NCBI GenBank assembly: GCA_002269645.1
Contig: NIVC01001014.1
Coordinates: forward strand, 248,001-312,000
Source of the DNA: Macrostomum lignano
Lineage: Eukaryota
Length of the DNA stretch: 64,000 bases
Direction: 5' to 3'
The translations under genes and the position numbers were made by a program. Each line of letters opens with the position of its first letter. Position 1 is the first letter of the stretch. Below the pieces are notes generated by a model. It did no database searches. It saw nothing but the letters and a program-made list of their open reading frames with translations, and was not told the DNA's origin. Below are positions 46,998 through 60,400 of this stretch, one piece after another.

Positions 46998-49205
46998 TTT
47001 GTTATTGCTAATCTGGAAATACAAAAAATAATATAAAAACAAGTCTGACAGCTAAAAATGCGAGATCTTTCACTACACAAGCAGTAATATATCGCTTTGC
47101 AAGGATTTAGTCGCTTGAAGTGTTTATCAATTTTAAATCAATGCAATTGTAGTAATAATTAAAACTTAGTAAAACAAAGTTTAAAAAGTTTTTATACGAT
47201 ACCTACCCACAGACAATTCATTTTTAGTATATAGCATAGATCAAAACTTTGTCAAAAACAAATTAATAACGAGGTTTGTTACTTCGAGGAATCTGTCAAC
47301 ACTTCAAAATAAATTAATTGGCCTTGCGACTAAAGGAGGAATCTAATTTTTGAGAAATGAGAAATTTCTGAATCTAAACATTTATTAAAAAAAATTAACT
47401 AAATGTTCTGCATACCATGGCCATGACTAAGGAAGCTAAACGATCGATACACACACTAAACGGTTATAAATACTTTCGCTGGCTTAGAGTGTAAAGTGGT
47501 ACTTTCTCTGTTAAAGGTTTGCGACAGTAGTTTGGCTCGAAACGACTATTGAAGCATCGGAGATTTCAGCACCAGCAGATACTTAAAAATTCTAGCAACC
47601 TTAAACAAATTATTTTACGTCAGTACCTGATTTGAGTACAAAAAGCGCTATTTTTTGTTTATTTATGGCGTAGACTCAAGTTGCTTTTAACATATAGTGT
47701 TATTCAAAAAATTACCAAACACTGCAAAATACAGTGAAATACGTACTAAAAGCTAATTATTTAATTTTTACCGCTCGCTTAATTATATTACATTAGACTG
47801 TTTTATTTCTGATATGTGCAATTATTACCGCAGTCTGAATAAGACAAAAATACATAAAAAAAGTGTTAAAGTGCTTAACAACAAATAAAGAACAGTTGTG
47901 TGATACGAATGTACAAACCAAAATCGTTCGTAGAACGTATTTTAAAAGGCCCTGAAAATAAAAAAATGATAAAACAGTTGGATAACAGATGAGTTTATCG
48001 CTATTGGTTCTTTAGTTGATCTTTCATTGTCAGTTATATAGATTTTCTGCGCTTTCGAACATTTTCTTACGAATAAAAATGCAATATAAAATAAAATTTT
48101 AAGTAACATTCAATTTTCAAACCTGTTGTTGATGCTTAATTTTATGCGATTGATTGAAAACTATTGACTTTAAAGTTAAACTTTAGCTTTAAAAGTTTTT
48201 AAAAGTTCGTGTGCATTATAAACGACCTCACAATGTAGTAGTTATTTTCCAAAGTAATATCCTATTTTTGGCAACCAACAGAACAGAATGAATGTTACGC
48301 AATCCTTAGTGCTAAAAAAATCGTTTTTAAGAGAATAGAAATTTATGGAAAAAATTTAAAATAAAAAATGGCTTGTACAAGTAAAAAGTATCAGAACATA
48401 TCCACATGAACATGCTTTGTACTCGACACAGAACAGTAATTTATTAATGATGGAATTTAGCTCTACATGTAGTTACAATTTATTACTTAAGAAAGACAAG
48501 AAAATACAGAGGCAGCAAATATATGTACAGAAACAGGAAAAAAAACTAACTGAATAGACGTATAGCAGAAAAAACAAAAATCCTAACTAAACAACTTCAG
48601 GCAGCAGGCTTAAAGCCATTGATATTATCGGAAAATTATTATTTAACTAAGAAAATATTAATTATTTCTTTATTTGATTTCAGTAGCGAAAAATGTTCTG
48701 TATATTTAAACTGCAGACTTTTGATACACTAGTGATGATACTACAGAATAAATTAGTATTCTAGTATACTTAGTTTATATTAGCAAAACCGAAAAGAATT
48801 CGCACCTGATACTACTCTATGACGCAACGGATTAGTAAGTAGCTGGATAAATATCAACAGCACATAAAAATGCAGTAGCACGAAGTGTTGACAACAACTT
48901 GACATAGTCTATGTAAACAATTTTTTTTTGAAAAAAACTGCTTGAAAGTAATGAAGCGTGCTTAAAATTGATTTTTACACGCCTAGAAAAAAACAAGACG
49001 CTACTTGAATAAAACACGGCGTTTATACGCTAGTACAGTATATCGGATTCGGGATTTCCCGTCACTGCTGCGCATAAGTGAAGAGGTACAGGCACTTTTT
49101 CAGCAAAAAAGCAACATTTTCAATACGCTAAAGACTGCCAATTGACTTGCATTGATTTTTTTAGCGTTTTTTCGGACCTCTTTTTCTCACAGAAGGTAGA
49201 CCCAA

Positions 49206-49481
49206 GGACTTACTCAAGTAGGACGGGGAAACTACGTAAGTTTCTTGGAAAGTTTTATGAAGCAGGTTTTACCGAAAAGACATTATGGAGCTGTAGAATT
49301 TCATTTTTCAGCACAACAATTGTTATTTACTTTTAATAGGAGACAGACCTAATGTTTATTGTTTATATGACTTGCTTTTCTTGTAGCTCTATAGATATTC
49401 ATAGAGCTTTTCGTTAATAAAATCAGGATTTCACAGTAGTTTCACAGAAACGTAGTTTCCTGCCCTTCTACTTGAGTAGCC
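49206..49481. mobile_element. Degenerate MITE
   Basis: Imperfect inverted repeat TACTCAAGTAGGACGGGGAAACTACGT / ACGTAGTTTCCTGCCCTTCTACTTGAGTA; no clear TSD. Confidence 0.45.
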
Positions 49482-49756
49482 TTTAATCAAACCTCTAAAA
49501 TTGTTCTCTGTCCAAAGCTGCATCTGGTCACACTCTATACGTTGCTCTTTCTCAGCCTCATCATTCGAGCTCAAGGATTAAAACGCAATATGGGTAAAAG
49601 GCAGGAGTAACTATCACTGCATTTTAATAAACAAATGACTCGCAATCTAACTAGTAAAATGCTACTTTTAAAATTTACAAAACATTGAATTTTAAGTGAG
49701 AAAATGAGGTTTCACACAATTAATCCCACACCAAGTAGTTTTAAACAAGGTCTAGG

Positions 49757-52700
49757 CTACAATTCCATGTCTTCAGCTGGTTCGGCGTCACTAAACTCCG
49801 ACATCGAGCTCTCGTCGTCGTCGTTGTTGCTTACTTGAGCAGTACCGTCAGCGGCGGCAGCTCCGTGAGCACCATTTGTTGATGAAGCTCCGCCAGCAGC
49901 TGCTGCAGCTGACGATGCAGAGGCGCCGCTATCGCCGCCAGCCCGACTGTCCTCACCTGGCAGGCGCTGCAGCGATCGCAGAGCGGCTTCTGTAGCGTAC
50001 AGTTGAACATATTCGCGCACTTTGGCTCGATAATCCTCTGGCCGATGCAGATAGAGCGAAGCGGCAGCTCCATTTAGCGGATCCATTGGGTTTGGATAAG
50101 CCAGGAGCTGGGGCAGAAACGACTCGAATATGTTTGTCAGGTCTGCATTGGTTGTGTTTTTTAGCTTACATGTAGGCTGAGAATTGGCCTTGGGTACGTG
50201 TTGGTTTTATTGCGCTTATAGCATACGTGTGTTTGCTCAGACACTGACACATTCACTTAAAGATCTGTGGTTAGTCACTATTTTGAGTAAGAGTAGGAAT
50301 GCCAATACAAGAGTTCCACCTAGAGTCCTAGACTACTAGATTCTCAAAGTAAGATTCTAAGAGTGAAACTCCCAGGGTAAGATTCTTAAGAGTAAGACTC
50401 CCCGAGTAAGATACTAAAAGTGAGACTCCCCGAGTAAGATACTAAAAGTGAGACTCCCGAGTAAGATACTAAAAGTGAGACTCCCCGAGTAATAAGATAC
50501 TAAAAGTGAGACTCCCCGAGTAAGATACTAAAAGTGAGACTCCCCGAGTAAGATACTAAAAGTGAGACTCCCCGAGTAATAAGATACTAAAAGTGAGACT
50601 CCCAGAGTAAGATACTAAAAGTGAGACTCCCAGAGTAAGATACTAAAAGTGAGACTCTCAGAGTAAGATACTAAAAGTGAGACTCCCAGAGTAAGATACT
50701 AAAAGTGAGACTCCCAGAGTAAGATACTAAAAGTGAGACTCTCAGAGTAAGATACTAAAAGTGAGACTCCCCGAGTAAGATACTAAAAGTGAGACTCCCA
50801 GAGTAAGATACTAAAAGTGAGACTCCCAGAGTAAGATACTAAAAGTGAGACTCCCCGAGTAAGATACTAAAAGTGAGACTCCCAGAGTAAGATACTAAAA
50901 GTGAGACTCCCCGAGTAAGATACTAAAAGTGAGACTCCCAGAGTAAGATACTAAAAGTGAGACTCTCAGAGTAAGATACTAAAAGTGAGACTCCCCGAGT
51001 AAGATACTAAAAGTGAGACTCCCAGAGCAAGATACTAAGAGGGAGACTCATAGTAAGATTCTAAGAGTGAGACTCTCAGAGCAAGATACTAAGAGGGAGA
51101 CTCCTAGTAAGATTCTAAGAGGGAGACTCCCCTAGTAAGATTCTAAGAGTGAGACTCTCAGAGTAAGATACTAAGAGTGAGACTCCCAGAGTAAGATACT
51201 AAGAGTGAGACTCCCAGAGTAAGATTCTAAGAGTGAGACTCCCAGAGTAAGATACTAAGAGGGAGACTCCTAGTAAGATTCTAAGAGGGAGACTCCCCTA
51301 GTAAGATTCTAAGAGTGAGATTATAAGAACAAATTTTCCCAGGTATGAATCATATATAGACATGCAAAATGCGCCAAAATCAATGATACAGTGAACTGGT
51401 TAAATTACTTAAACATCAATAATTCTATCTCTTGGTAGGGGGTTCGATTCTCGACCCACTCCCACTCTCTTGTGTCATTGAGCAAGGTACTTAACTCTGC
51501 ATTGCTTCAGTTCACCCAGCTCATACATGCGCAACAGTCGGCCGAGTCGGCCGATTCGGCCGACCGATTTGGCGGCCAACCAAGGAAGTCGCAAAAATAC
51601 CCACCCAAAAATTTACCTAAGTAGTAGTACTAAGTAGCTGACGAGGCATTTTGGCTTAATAAGACAGTTATAGTTACTCCTGCCGTTTACCCAAAGTTGC
51701 GTTTATTTTGCTTTAGAGTTTTTTGATGTGTAAGTCGCATTTTTGGCCAAAAACTACGTCGCATTTTTGTTAAAACTAAGTCGCATGGCCGACCGAATTT
51801 TGGAGGTTGCGCATGTATGACCCAGCTGTAAAGTGGGTGCCAGCATTAGCTGGGGTAATTGAGGGTGAGTGTGGTGACCCTCCAGTCCTTGGACTGAACA
51901 GCCATATGCAGTTTTCAGATGCATTACACAATAGCTGCAGCTGAGCTGTTGGTTCCACATCTGCCCATCAGGACAGGCTTAACCAATTGTTTTTAATAAT
52001 TGCTTTAATTTGGATTGTGACAAAAAGATAAATAGATTATGGTTTACCATATAGAGCAGACCAGGTTTGGTTAATAACATCTAGACAAACAGAACCAGAT
52101 CTGGAATAATAAAAAAATACATATTATTTAAATTAGTTAAAAGAAAATATGATTTACAAAAACTTTCATAACACAATTATACTTACGCTTCATCAATGTT
52201 AGGATGAAATATTCTGTTCATAAAGCCTAAAAATAATGAATCAAAGATTGAGCATTGAATATTTAGTTGTTGACAATCAATAATAATTACAACAAATACT
52301 TACCAATTGATGGGGACTTGAATGGATATCGATCAGGTAAATCTACTTGAACTTTCCAGACTCCGCCCTCATAAGGTGCTACAAATTTTTTGCATTTGAA
52401 AGTGTTTTAAATAACTCTATTATTGAATAAAATACACTTGAAAAAGAAAACCACTTACAGTCAGCTGGTCCATGGAACTTGACCACAAACTCATTCAGGC
52501 CACCTAGTATTGTTACTTCATGCTTGCTTTCAACACTTTTGAATGCAATTAAAGCAAATTGAATTTAAGGAAAATAAATGCAATGGCAAAAACAATGCTT
52601 CTACAAATAAGATAAGTATATAAACTATTTAGTCATAAAATAAAAATATAAAAACTCAATCATAATCTTATCAGTCAATAATTAAGTATCAAAATGACAA

Positions 52701-53695
52701 TTTTGAAATTATTGGAATATTTCAAAGAAATAAAAACAAGTCAGAAAGTTTATATGATGGATTTCTAAACTCATTTAATGATTATCCCTATATGAATAGA
52801 TTAGTCATTTCAGTGACAAGATGTTTTGGTGACAGTCCTTTTGGTGACAAGCAAAAGTCATTTCGGTGACAAGAAAAATACAATTTTAGTTATAGCCATA
52901 GCCATTCTGTTTTTTAACAGAAAATTACTTAGAAAATCTTAAGGTATATTGAGCATAATTTTTTTAGGCTTAAAGTATTTCTGTATTTAATTTTGTTTAT
53001 TTACAATTATAGAGTTGCAGTCTTTTGAATTATGTTTTCTAATTTAAACATGCAAAAGCGTCAATGAGTGAATATCTCCACTCTTGTGGTCTGCATTTCA
53101 TGAGGATTCTCTATAGGTTTATGGTTTTTGTGTCTGAATACTTATGAAATCTTTGATTTTCATTGAAAATGAAGTGTGTGTGTATCACAATAGCAACTTG
53201 TCACCGAAACAACTATTTGTCACTGAAACGTCTGTCACCAAAACATCTTGTCACCAAAACGACTGGTACCTATATGAATGTATGGATTAGAAAAAAACCT
53301 TATGATATTCTAAAACAATGTTAAAGAGAATTGAAATCTAGGTCAAGGACCAAATGGAAAATTGTAGGCCTATAAAATAATACTTATTACTATATTTTAA
53401 CTATTTTAGTTAAAATTATGATTTTGGTAACAAAGGCTTTATGCCTGGTCCTATAAATCTTCTGAATTGATATATGAAATTGATAGTAATAATTTAAATA
53501 ATAAAGAATATAATTATTATTGTGGTTTCTTAGTTTCTAATGTGTATAATTTTTAAAAGAGTAATGTACCAGCAGATTGTATGAAGTCTGCAAAAAGAAC
53601 AGTTATAATAAAGAAAATCGATACAACTTTTGCAAAGGATACAGTTTAATTACGTCAGTGTCCATTCGTCTCTTCCCGGGGCTAGGTGATGACAT
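49757..53695 (-). CDS. UBE2H: Ubiquitin-conjugating enzyme E2 H (Ubc8-like), 6 exons, 227 aa
   Basis: Exons 53695-53643, 52535-52459, 52378-52304, 52226-52187, 52100-52048 and 50142-49757 splice in frame (684 nt): [18 protein letters not shown]|[25 protein letters not shown]|[18 protein letters not shown]|[14 protein letters not shown]|[17 protein letters not shown]|[24 protein letters not shown]. The catalytic Cys is present. Confidence 0.96.
50350..51325. repeat. Intronic minisatellite, 28-bp unit (GAGTAAGATACTAAAAGTGAGACTCCC[C/A])
   Basis: About 34 copies in the last UBE2H intron. Confidence 0.95.
51436..51910 (+). mobile_element. 5'-truncated tRNA-derived SINE with a CORE-like domain, interrupted by a MITE
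   Basis: B-box GGTTCGATTC at 51441; TGTGTCATTGAGCAAGGTACTTAACTCTGCATTGCTTCAGTTCACCCAGCT[MITE]GTAAAGTGGG resembles the CORE-SINE domain (TGTGACCTTGGGCAAGTCACTTAACCTCTCTG...CTGTAAAATGGG). Confidence 0.6.
51522..51819. mobile_element. MITE with CATACATG termini and 8-bp TSD (same family as 8875-9102)
   Basis: TIR CATACATGCGCAAC / GTTGCGCATGTATG; TSD ACCCAGCT at 51514-51521 and 51820-51827. Confidence 0.9.
52536..53642 (-). other. U12-type (minor spliceosome) GT-AG intron 1 of UBE2H
   Basis: 5' splice site GTATCCTTTG; branch-like TTTTCCTTAAAT at 52574-52563; acceptor ...TTCAAAAG with no polypyrimidine tract. Confidence 0.85.
52798..53270. mobile_element. MITE with modular TIRs (MULE-like, 9-bp or longer TSD) inside the U12 intron
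   Basis: AGTCATTTCAGTGACAAGATGTTTTGGTGACAG / CTGTCACCAAAACATCTTGTCACCAAAACGACT; direct repeat TATATGAAT at 52789-52797 and 53271-53279. Confidence 0.75.
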
Positions 53696-54429
53696 TTTTA
53701 AAACCTTGTCTCACTTACTCGACAGAAACTTACTAATTACAAGATAAAGATTATTGTCAGAAACTATTTTGCGTACAACGCAAGCTAAAAAATCGCAGCA
53801 AGCACAGGCAGATTTGCTATTAGAATTCCCTCAGTTCATTTATAGTTTAAGACAAGAATACGAAATATGAAATTTACTCGCAGAGCTTCAAGGTGCTTCT
53901 CCGGTAATTGAAACTCGAAACTGAAAAGTTAAATTGCAATCAGCTGATATATACTTCAATTTTTATAGTAGTTTATAAAATAAGAAACGCATATTCTAAG
54001 TAACTTTTAAATTTAAAGCGCTGATAAGAGTTAAATACCTACGCAGTAACGAGATTTACTAGAACCAGTGTTAAACTTTGTGCTGTTTTAAATCACCTAT
54101 TTTCTATGAAAGATCTGTCTATTTTTTCTGTTTTCATAACCCTTATCCGCGTTCGAGGGTACGAGAAAACTGTGTATCAATTTGACAATCAAATGTCGGT
54201 TAGCCAGCAGAAAGCGTCACCATTAGCATTATTGATTCGAAAATTTGTTCGGGTTTAATACTTCGATATAGAAACATTTTTAGTTGACCAATTTCTCCAT
54301 TTTATCGTCTTGGACTTTTCAGAGCATTATCGAATCACACAATTATGCCAACCTGTTGATTACATTGAACACAGAATCAGAATTGAAAGCCTAACGATAG
54401 CAATTAGGCTCTCCAGAAACATTTGATTT

Positions 54430-57400
54430 ATGGATGAATTAGGTATGTCATAATCATAATTTATATTGAATTGATGACAGTTTATATTATAATCAGTTGT
54501 ATACTAGGCCTATGAGTAGGCCTATGAATTTATAGTCTTAATCATAATCTAAAATTCTAATTCTATATCAATAATTCTGGATAAGTTCATGGTAGTTTTT
54601 ACAATTAATCTATTAGTATTAGGCCAAAGTTGAATATTTGTAGATTGTTCTGATATTCTATTTTTAGGCCTAAAAAATAAATGATCTATACTTTTGTTTA
54701 ATGGCTGGCTATATATATGGCTTAAAGTATAGATTATAAAGTCAAACTTGGTAAGTTGATTTATTCCTCAATATTTGACTCATTACAATTATAGGATTCA
54801 GTGTCCATAGTTATATAAGTGTGTTTGAAATAGAAGCACCTTATCTACCATAGTGCGGAAGGATTTCTGTATACGACAGAAGGTAAATTTTCATTTCGGC
54901 CTGTTGTATGACAGTACGACAGGGATTAGAAAATGGTACTAGTGTTGTACGACAGAGTTAGAGTTTAAGGAAGTGCTGTACAACAAAAATAGTGGCACTT
55001 ACATATGTGGGTAGGTGCGGGAAATTCTTGATATTGCGTTTTTTTAATATGCAAAGTAAAACAACAGATATATTGTACTTTTCTGCTTGCAATGTCAAGT
55101 ATAGTTTTGCGCCAATAAAATTGAATTTAAGAGTTTGTACGAATATAATACTGATAATTTAAATAACCCTTTGAGTGGAAAAGTGCAACTATTGAATTTT
55201 TACTTCTTTGCTTCAACGCAATATGTTAACAACGACGTTATGAGTTAGTTACGAGACTATGAGTATCTGGTACTGGTGTCCGATTGTCCATCAAAGGAAT
55301 ACTAACTATGTCTATACTTCACGTATGAGTCGTATGACATTGACAAGTGTATGACAGACAGACATGTAACATTTTTACATGTACAACAGTGTACGACATA
55401 GTGCCCCCCAAAAATTAGCGATGTACGACATGTATGACAGGCGATCCCTGTATACGATGGAGATTTCTGGCATATACCCGTCTTTCTGCACTATGGCTTA
55501 TCTATAACAAAATACAACTATAATTGCAATATAATTAGTAATCTTAATCTACAATTAATAATCTTCTAAAAGTCAATTGCGACTCTGGAGCATCTCTTGT
55601 TCTTTCATACTTTGAAAATTAGCGACTCTGGAGTGTCTCTTGTGACATTTTAACAACTATAAATAATTTTATAGTAAAAAAAATACATACTATACATTAA
55701 CAGAAAAATTGAATACTAACATAGCATTCATTTACATGCTCATATAATAAATGAATTGATGGCCTTGACTTTCTAAATAATCACCAGAATGGGTTTTGGC
55801 CTTTATGTATATGAATTGCACAAAAACTTATTTCAGCTCAAGAGTATAGGTCTACTTAGTCCATAAAGGTTTTTAAGCTTTTTATAATATTGACTAGAAC
55901 CATAGACATGACTATTACTAATTATTATTAAAGTTATGCCTAAGCCTAAGTCTTAGGTCTTAAGTCTAGGTTTAATTGAAAAAAAACTTTATTAAATAAA
56001 CAAATTGTTTAAATATTCTACTCCAACAGAAACCCTCATTGAGGAGTTGCAAGAATCTGTCAAGAAGGCAGTGAGCAGTCCCCCAGCCAACTATGTTCGA
56101 GTTCATGAATTTGTAAGTAAAAAGTCACTAGTGTTATTAATCTATCATTTGTAGACTGTACCAACTAAAGTAAATTAATTAATGCCCTTTATGACAATTA
56201 CCACTCCCACAACCAGTGCTAAGGCAATTCTGACCATTCTGCTGACTCCTAAGTCAATACTGTACGCAGGCACGCACTCATACACATGTACACACAAGGT
56301 CTACAGTGGCCCTGACTTTCTAATTGTCAAGCATTTACACTCTCTTGATGGTTGGCCCTCGTGCCAATAATGTTTTATATACACATCAAACCCTAAACAA
56401 TGTGGCCAAATGTAATGGAATCTGACAATTTGCAGACCGCAGACTATGCTGAAGCTGCTCAACATTCCGGCTCTGTGTTTCGCGACAACATGAACGAAAT
56501 CGAAAGAATGCTCGACCAGCTGGAGGAGTCTGGTTAGTAGTATAACATTGGTAGTACTGTATGTCATGACTCCTCCTGGAGAAGGAGCGCATGTCATGAG
56601 TCTTTCCCTATTTTTACCTGTGCTTCCTGCAACGACTGACGCTTCTTAGCCTGGGTACCGTTTTCATCAGACGCTGTGCATATTTTCAACAGTCCTTATC
56701 AGTTATCAGTGCTCATTCATTCTGCTAGACAGTTGTCAATCAATCAAATGCTCCTACGCTAGGTTTTTTGACTCATTAAATAGTTAAGATAATAGATTGA
56801 AAAATAATTCATTTCTTCTGACATGTTATTTGTGTTGTTAATCTTTCAGACTATCAGGCCAACGATAAGAGCGCACCTCAGCGCAGGTGAGAATATGCTG
56901 ACGCACAATCTTTATGAGATAATTATAGATTATTATGGTAACAGTTCGTGCTATTAAAGAGTATTATTCATATTTACAATTTATCGACTGAGTTTTTTAT
57001 TAAAAAAACTCTTTGACAGCAAGCCAAGCTATGCTTCATCAGATTCACTGATGCTTATAGTTTTACAATTCCCCTAAGCTTCACAGTCACCTAAGCTTCA
57101 CAAATCCTTTTAGAAGCTTCACAACTCCCTAAGTTTCACAAATACCTAAGCTTCACAAATCCCTAAGCTTCACAAATCGCCTAAGCTTCACAATCCCCTA
57201 AGCTTCACAATCCCAAAAGCTTCACAATCCCATAAGCTTCACAATCCCATAAGCTTCGCAATCCCCTGAGCTTCACAATCCCCTAAGCTTCACAAATCCG
57301 TAAGCTTCACAATCCCCTAAGCTTCATAAATCGCCTAAGCTTCACAATCCCCTAAGCTTCACAAATCCGTAAGCTTCACAATCCCCTAAGCTTCACAATC

Positions 57401-60400
57401 CCATAAGCTTCTCAATCCCCCAAGCTTCACAAATCCCTAAGCTTCACAACCCTAAGCTTCACAATCCCCTAAGCTTCACAACCCTAAGCTTCACAATCCC
57501 CCAAGCTTCACAAATCGCCTAAGCTTCACAATCCCTTAAGCTTCACAATCCCCTAAGCGTCACAATCCCCTAAGCTTCACAAATCCCAAAGCTTCACAAT
57601 CCCCTAAGCTTCACAAATCCCCTAAACTTCTTAATCCCCTAAGCTTCAGAGTCCCCTCAGCAGGTCTCGATAATATACTCGTATTTCTTTAGACTTTACA
57701 AGCCTGTTTCCTGGAACAGCTACGAGTATTTCCTAGAAAAAATTAATTTTAATGACTTCGTATGTGGAAATCATTTTCAGTCCAGCCAGTCCTTCATTCA
57801 CGCTGGAGAGTCTGATGAACGATCTGAAGGAGTTTCAGGTTAGATGCGCCGTAGTTTACTCTTATTTATATTATTTGTTTACTTATAAATTACATAACGG
57901 ATTTTAAGAACATTTCATAATCATAACCTACAAACTGTGTATGAACAGGAATTGTCATTTTACCTGAAGACTTTGGAGCTGGAAGTGCGTCTGAAATCTC
58001 AGCGTTGTCTTCTATCTATATATTTGTTTTAAACAAGTTTTCATCTTTGTTAAGTTAAAAAGTTCTGTTCTTAATCTTTAGCATGCAAATGTGTACTACT
58101 GTTAGTAGCCAAAGCCTTACAATGCCTAGTAAGTAGAACAGGGGTTGGCAAGCTCCGGACCGCAAAGCCTCTCTATCTGGGCCTCGGGTCCTTTGATACT
58201 CTACAATAGCAATCCGTCCGCGCAAGGTTTGTGTCTCTTCTCAGCTCTCTTCTCTTTGATCTCATTTTCTCTCCTCTCCTATCCTCTACTCTCTTCTCCT
58301 CTCCTCTCTTCTCTCCTCTCCTTTTTTCCTCTTCTCCTCGTCTCTACTCTCCTCTCCTCTCCTCCTCTCCTCTCCTTTTCTCTCCTCTCCTCTCCTCTCC
58401 TCTCCTCTTCTCTCCTCTCCTCTCCTTTTCTCTCCTCTCCTTTTCTCTCCTCTCCTCTTCTCTCTCCTCTCCTCTCCTCGCCTCTCCTTGCCTCTCACTT
58501 CTCTTCCTCCTCTCCTCCCCTCTCGTCTCCTCTCTTCTTCTTTATCCCCTCGCCGTTCCTTTCTCATATCTCTCCATCTGCCTCTTGTTGTAAAAAAGTG
58601 TGCCGACCCCTGAAGCAGAGAAAAGTGGTGACACATGTTCAATGTTCAGTTCGCATGAAATTTCTGTTGATAAACGTTCTCTTTCACACTTAAATGGTTT
58701 AGAAATCTTTCCTTGTGCACTACTTGTCAAGTATATATAGCGGGATATGCAAATCTAATTATAAAATCAAAACTGTCACCGCAGTTGGAGCACGAGCTGG
58801 CTTTGAGTCGGCTGTCTGCTCATCAGAGAACTCTGGCATCCCAGTCTCAGCAGGGGGCACCGGCTTCATCCCAGTCTCCTCGACCGCCGTCCACTAGACA
58901 GGCGATTTCGCAATCAGCCACGAATCACAGTCCGGGTGGCGGAGTTGGGCAGACATCTGGCACAGTGTGCGCTGCTTGTGGCGAACAGATTCACGGACAG
59001 GTTGGTGACAGTGCAGATTGACGATATTTTGCGGTCTAGTATGAGTGAGAAAATGTGTTTATTTATAGCCTATGAGTGTTTATGTGTACCTTATATAAGT
59101 GCACGGGTGTGTCTGTGTTTATTTGGAGCCCGTAGGTGTTTATAATATGTTTATTGAAATTTATTAGTGTGTTTGTGTGTTTATTGAATTTTATGAGTGT
59201 GTTTATGTGTTTATATTAGCCAATGGGTGTGTTTGTCTGTTTATTGAAGTATATGAGTGTGTTTATGTGTTTATATTAGCCAATGGGTGTGTTTGTCTGT
59301 TTATTGAAGTATATGAGTGTGTTTATGTGTTAATTGAAGTATATGAGTGTGCTTATGTGTTTATATTAGCTAATGGGTGTGTTTGTGTGTTTATTGAAGT
59401 ATATAAGTGTGTTTATGTGTTTATATAAGCCCATGGGCGTGTTTATGTGTTTATATAAGCCCACGGGTATTTTGTGTTTATTTAGAGCCCATGTGTGTTT
59501 ATGTGTTTTTTTATAAACTATGACTCTGAGTGTTTTTTGTGTTTATATAAGCCCATGGATGTGTTTATGTGCTTATTTATAGCCTATGACTATGAGTGTG
59601 TTTATGTCGGCCCATGGGTGTATTTATGTGTTTATTAGAGCCTATAAGTATGTTTGTGTTTATTAAAGCCTACGAGTGTTTCTATTCGATCAAATAAATT
59701 TGTTTATGAATAAATAAATATATGAATGCATAGGCAAATAAATCAGTGCGTTTATATATACGAGCCTATGAAATATGATTGTTTATATTATAACGTCTAT
59801 AGATGTGAATTCATAGTGTGCTTAGTTGTTTACATTCGCAACCGGCTGCTCCCAGATGGTGCAAGCGCTCGGTCGGGCCTGGCACCTGCATCATTTCGTG
59901 TGCGCCGGCGGCTGCGGCTCCCAGCTTAGCCAGCAGACATTCTATGAAGTCTCAAATTCTCCCTACTGTGAGCCCTGCTATCAGTTGGAATTCTCGCCGA
60001 AATGCGCCCAATGCGACGGCGCCATCTTGGACAGGTGTCTGACTGCCCTAGGCCGGCGCTGGCATCCCGAGCACTTCTTCTGCCAGATGTGCACCGCGCC
60101 GTTTAGCGAGACCTCCGGTTTTCACGAGAAAGACGGCCGGCCCTATTGCCTAGACTGCTACAGCGATCAGTTTGCGCCGAAATGCCGGGGCTGCTCTGCT
60201 CCCATTACTGCTAATTATGTCACCGCCATGGCCAGCATGTGGCATCCTGAGTGCTTTGTGTGTCAGGTGAGTCACTGTGTCTTGTTATTGTCTTTGTCAC
60301 TGTGTCTTTGTCACTGTGTCTTTGCCACTGTGTCTTTGTCACTGTGTCTTTGTTACTGTGTCTTTTGTTATTGTCTTTGTCACTGTGTCTTTGTCACTGT

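Noticed and set aside
58145-58693. Leu/Ser/Pro-rich and Arg/Glu-rich ORFs
   Set aside because: Translation of a CT low-complexity tract within a paxillin intron.
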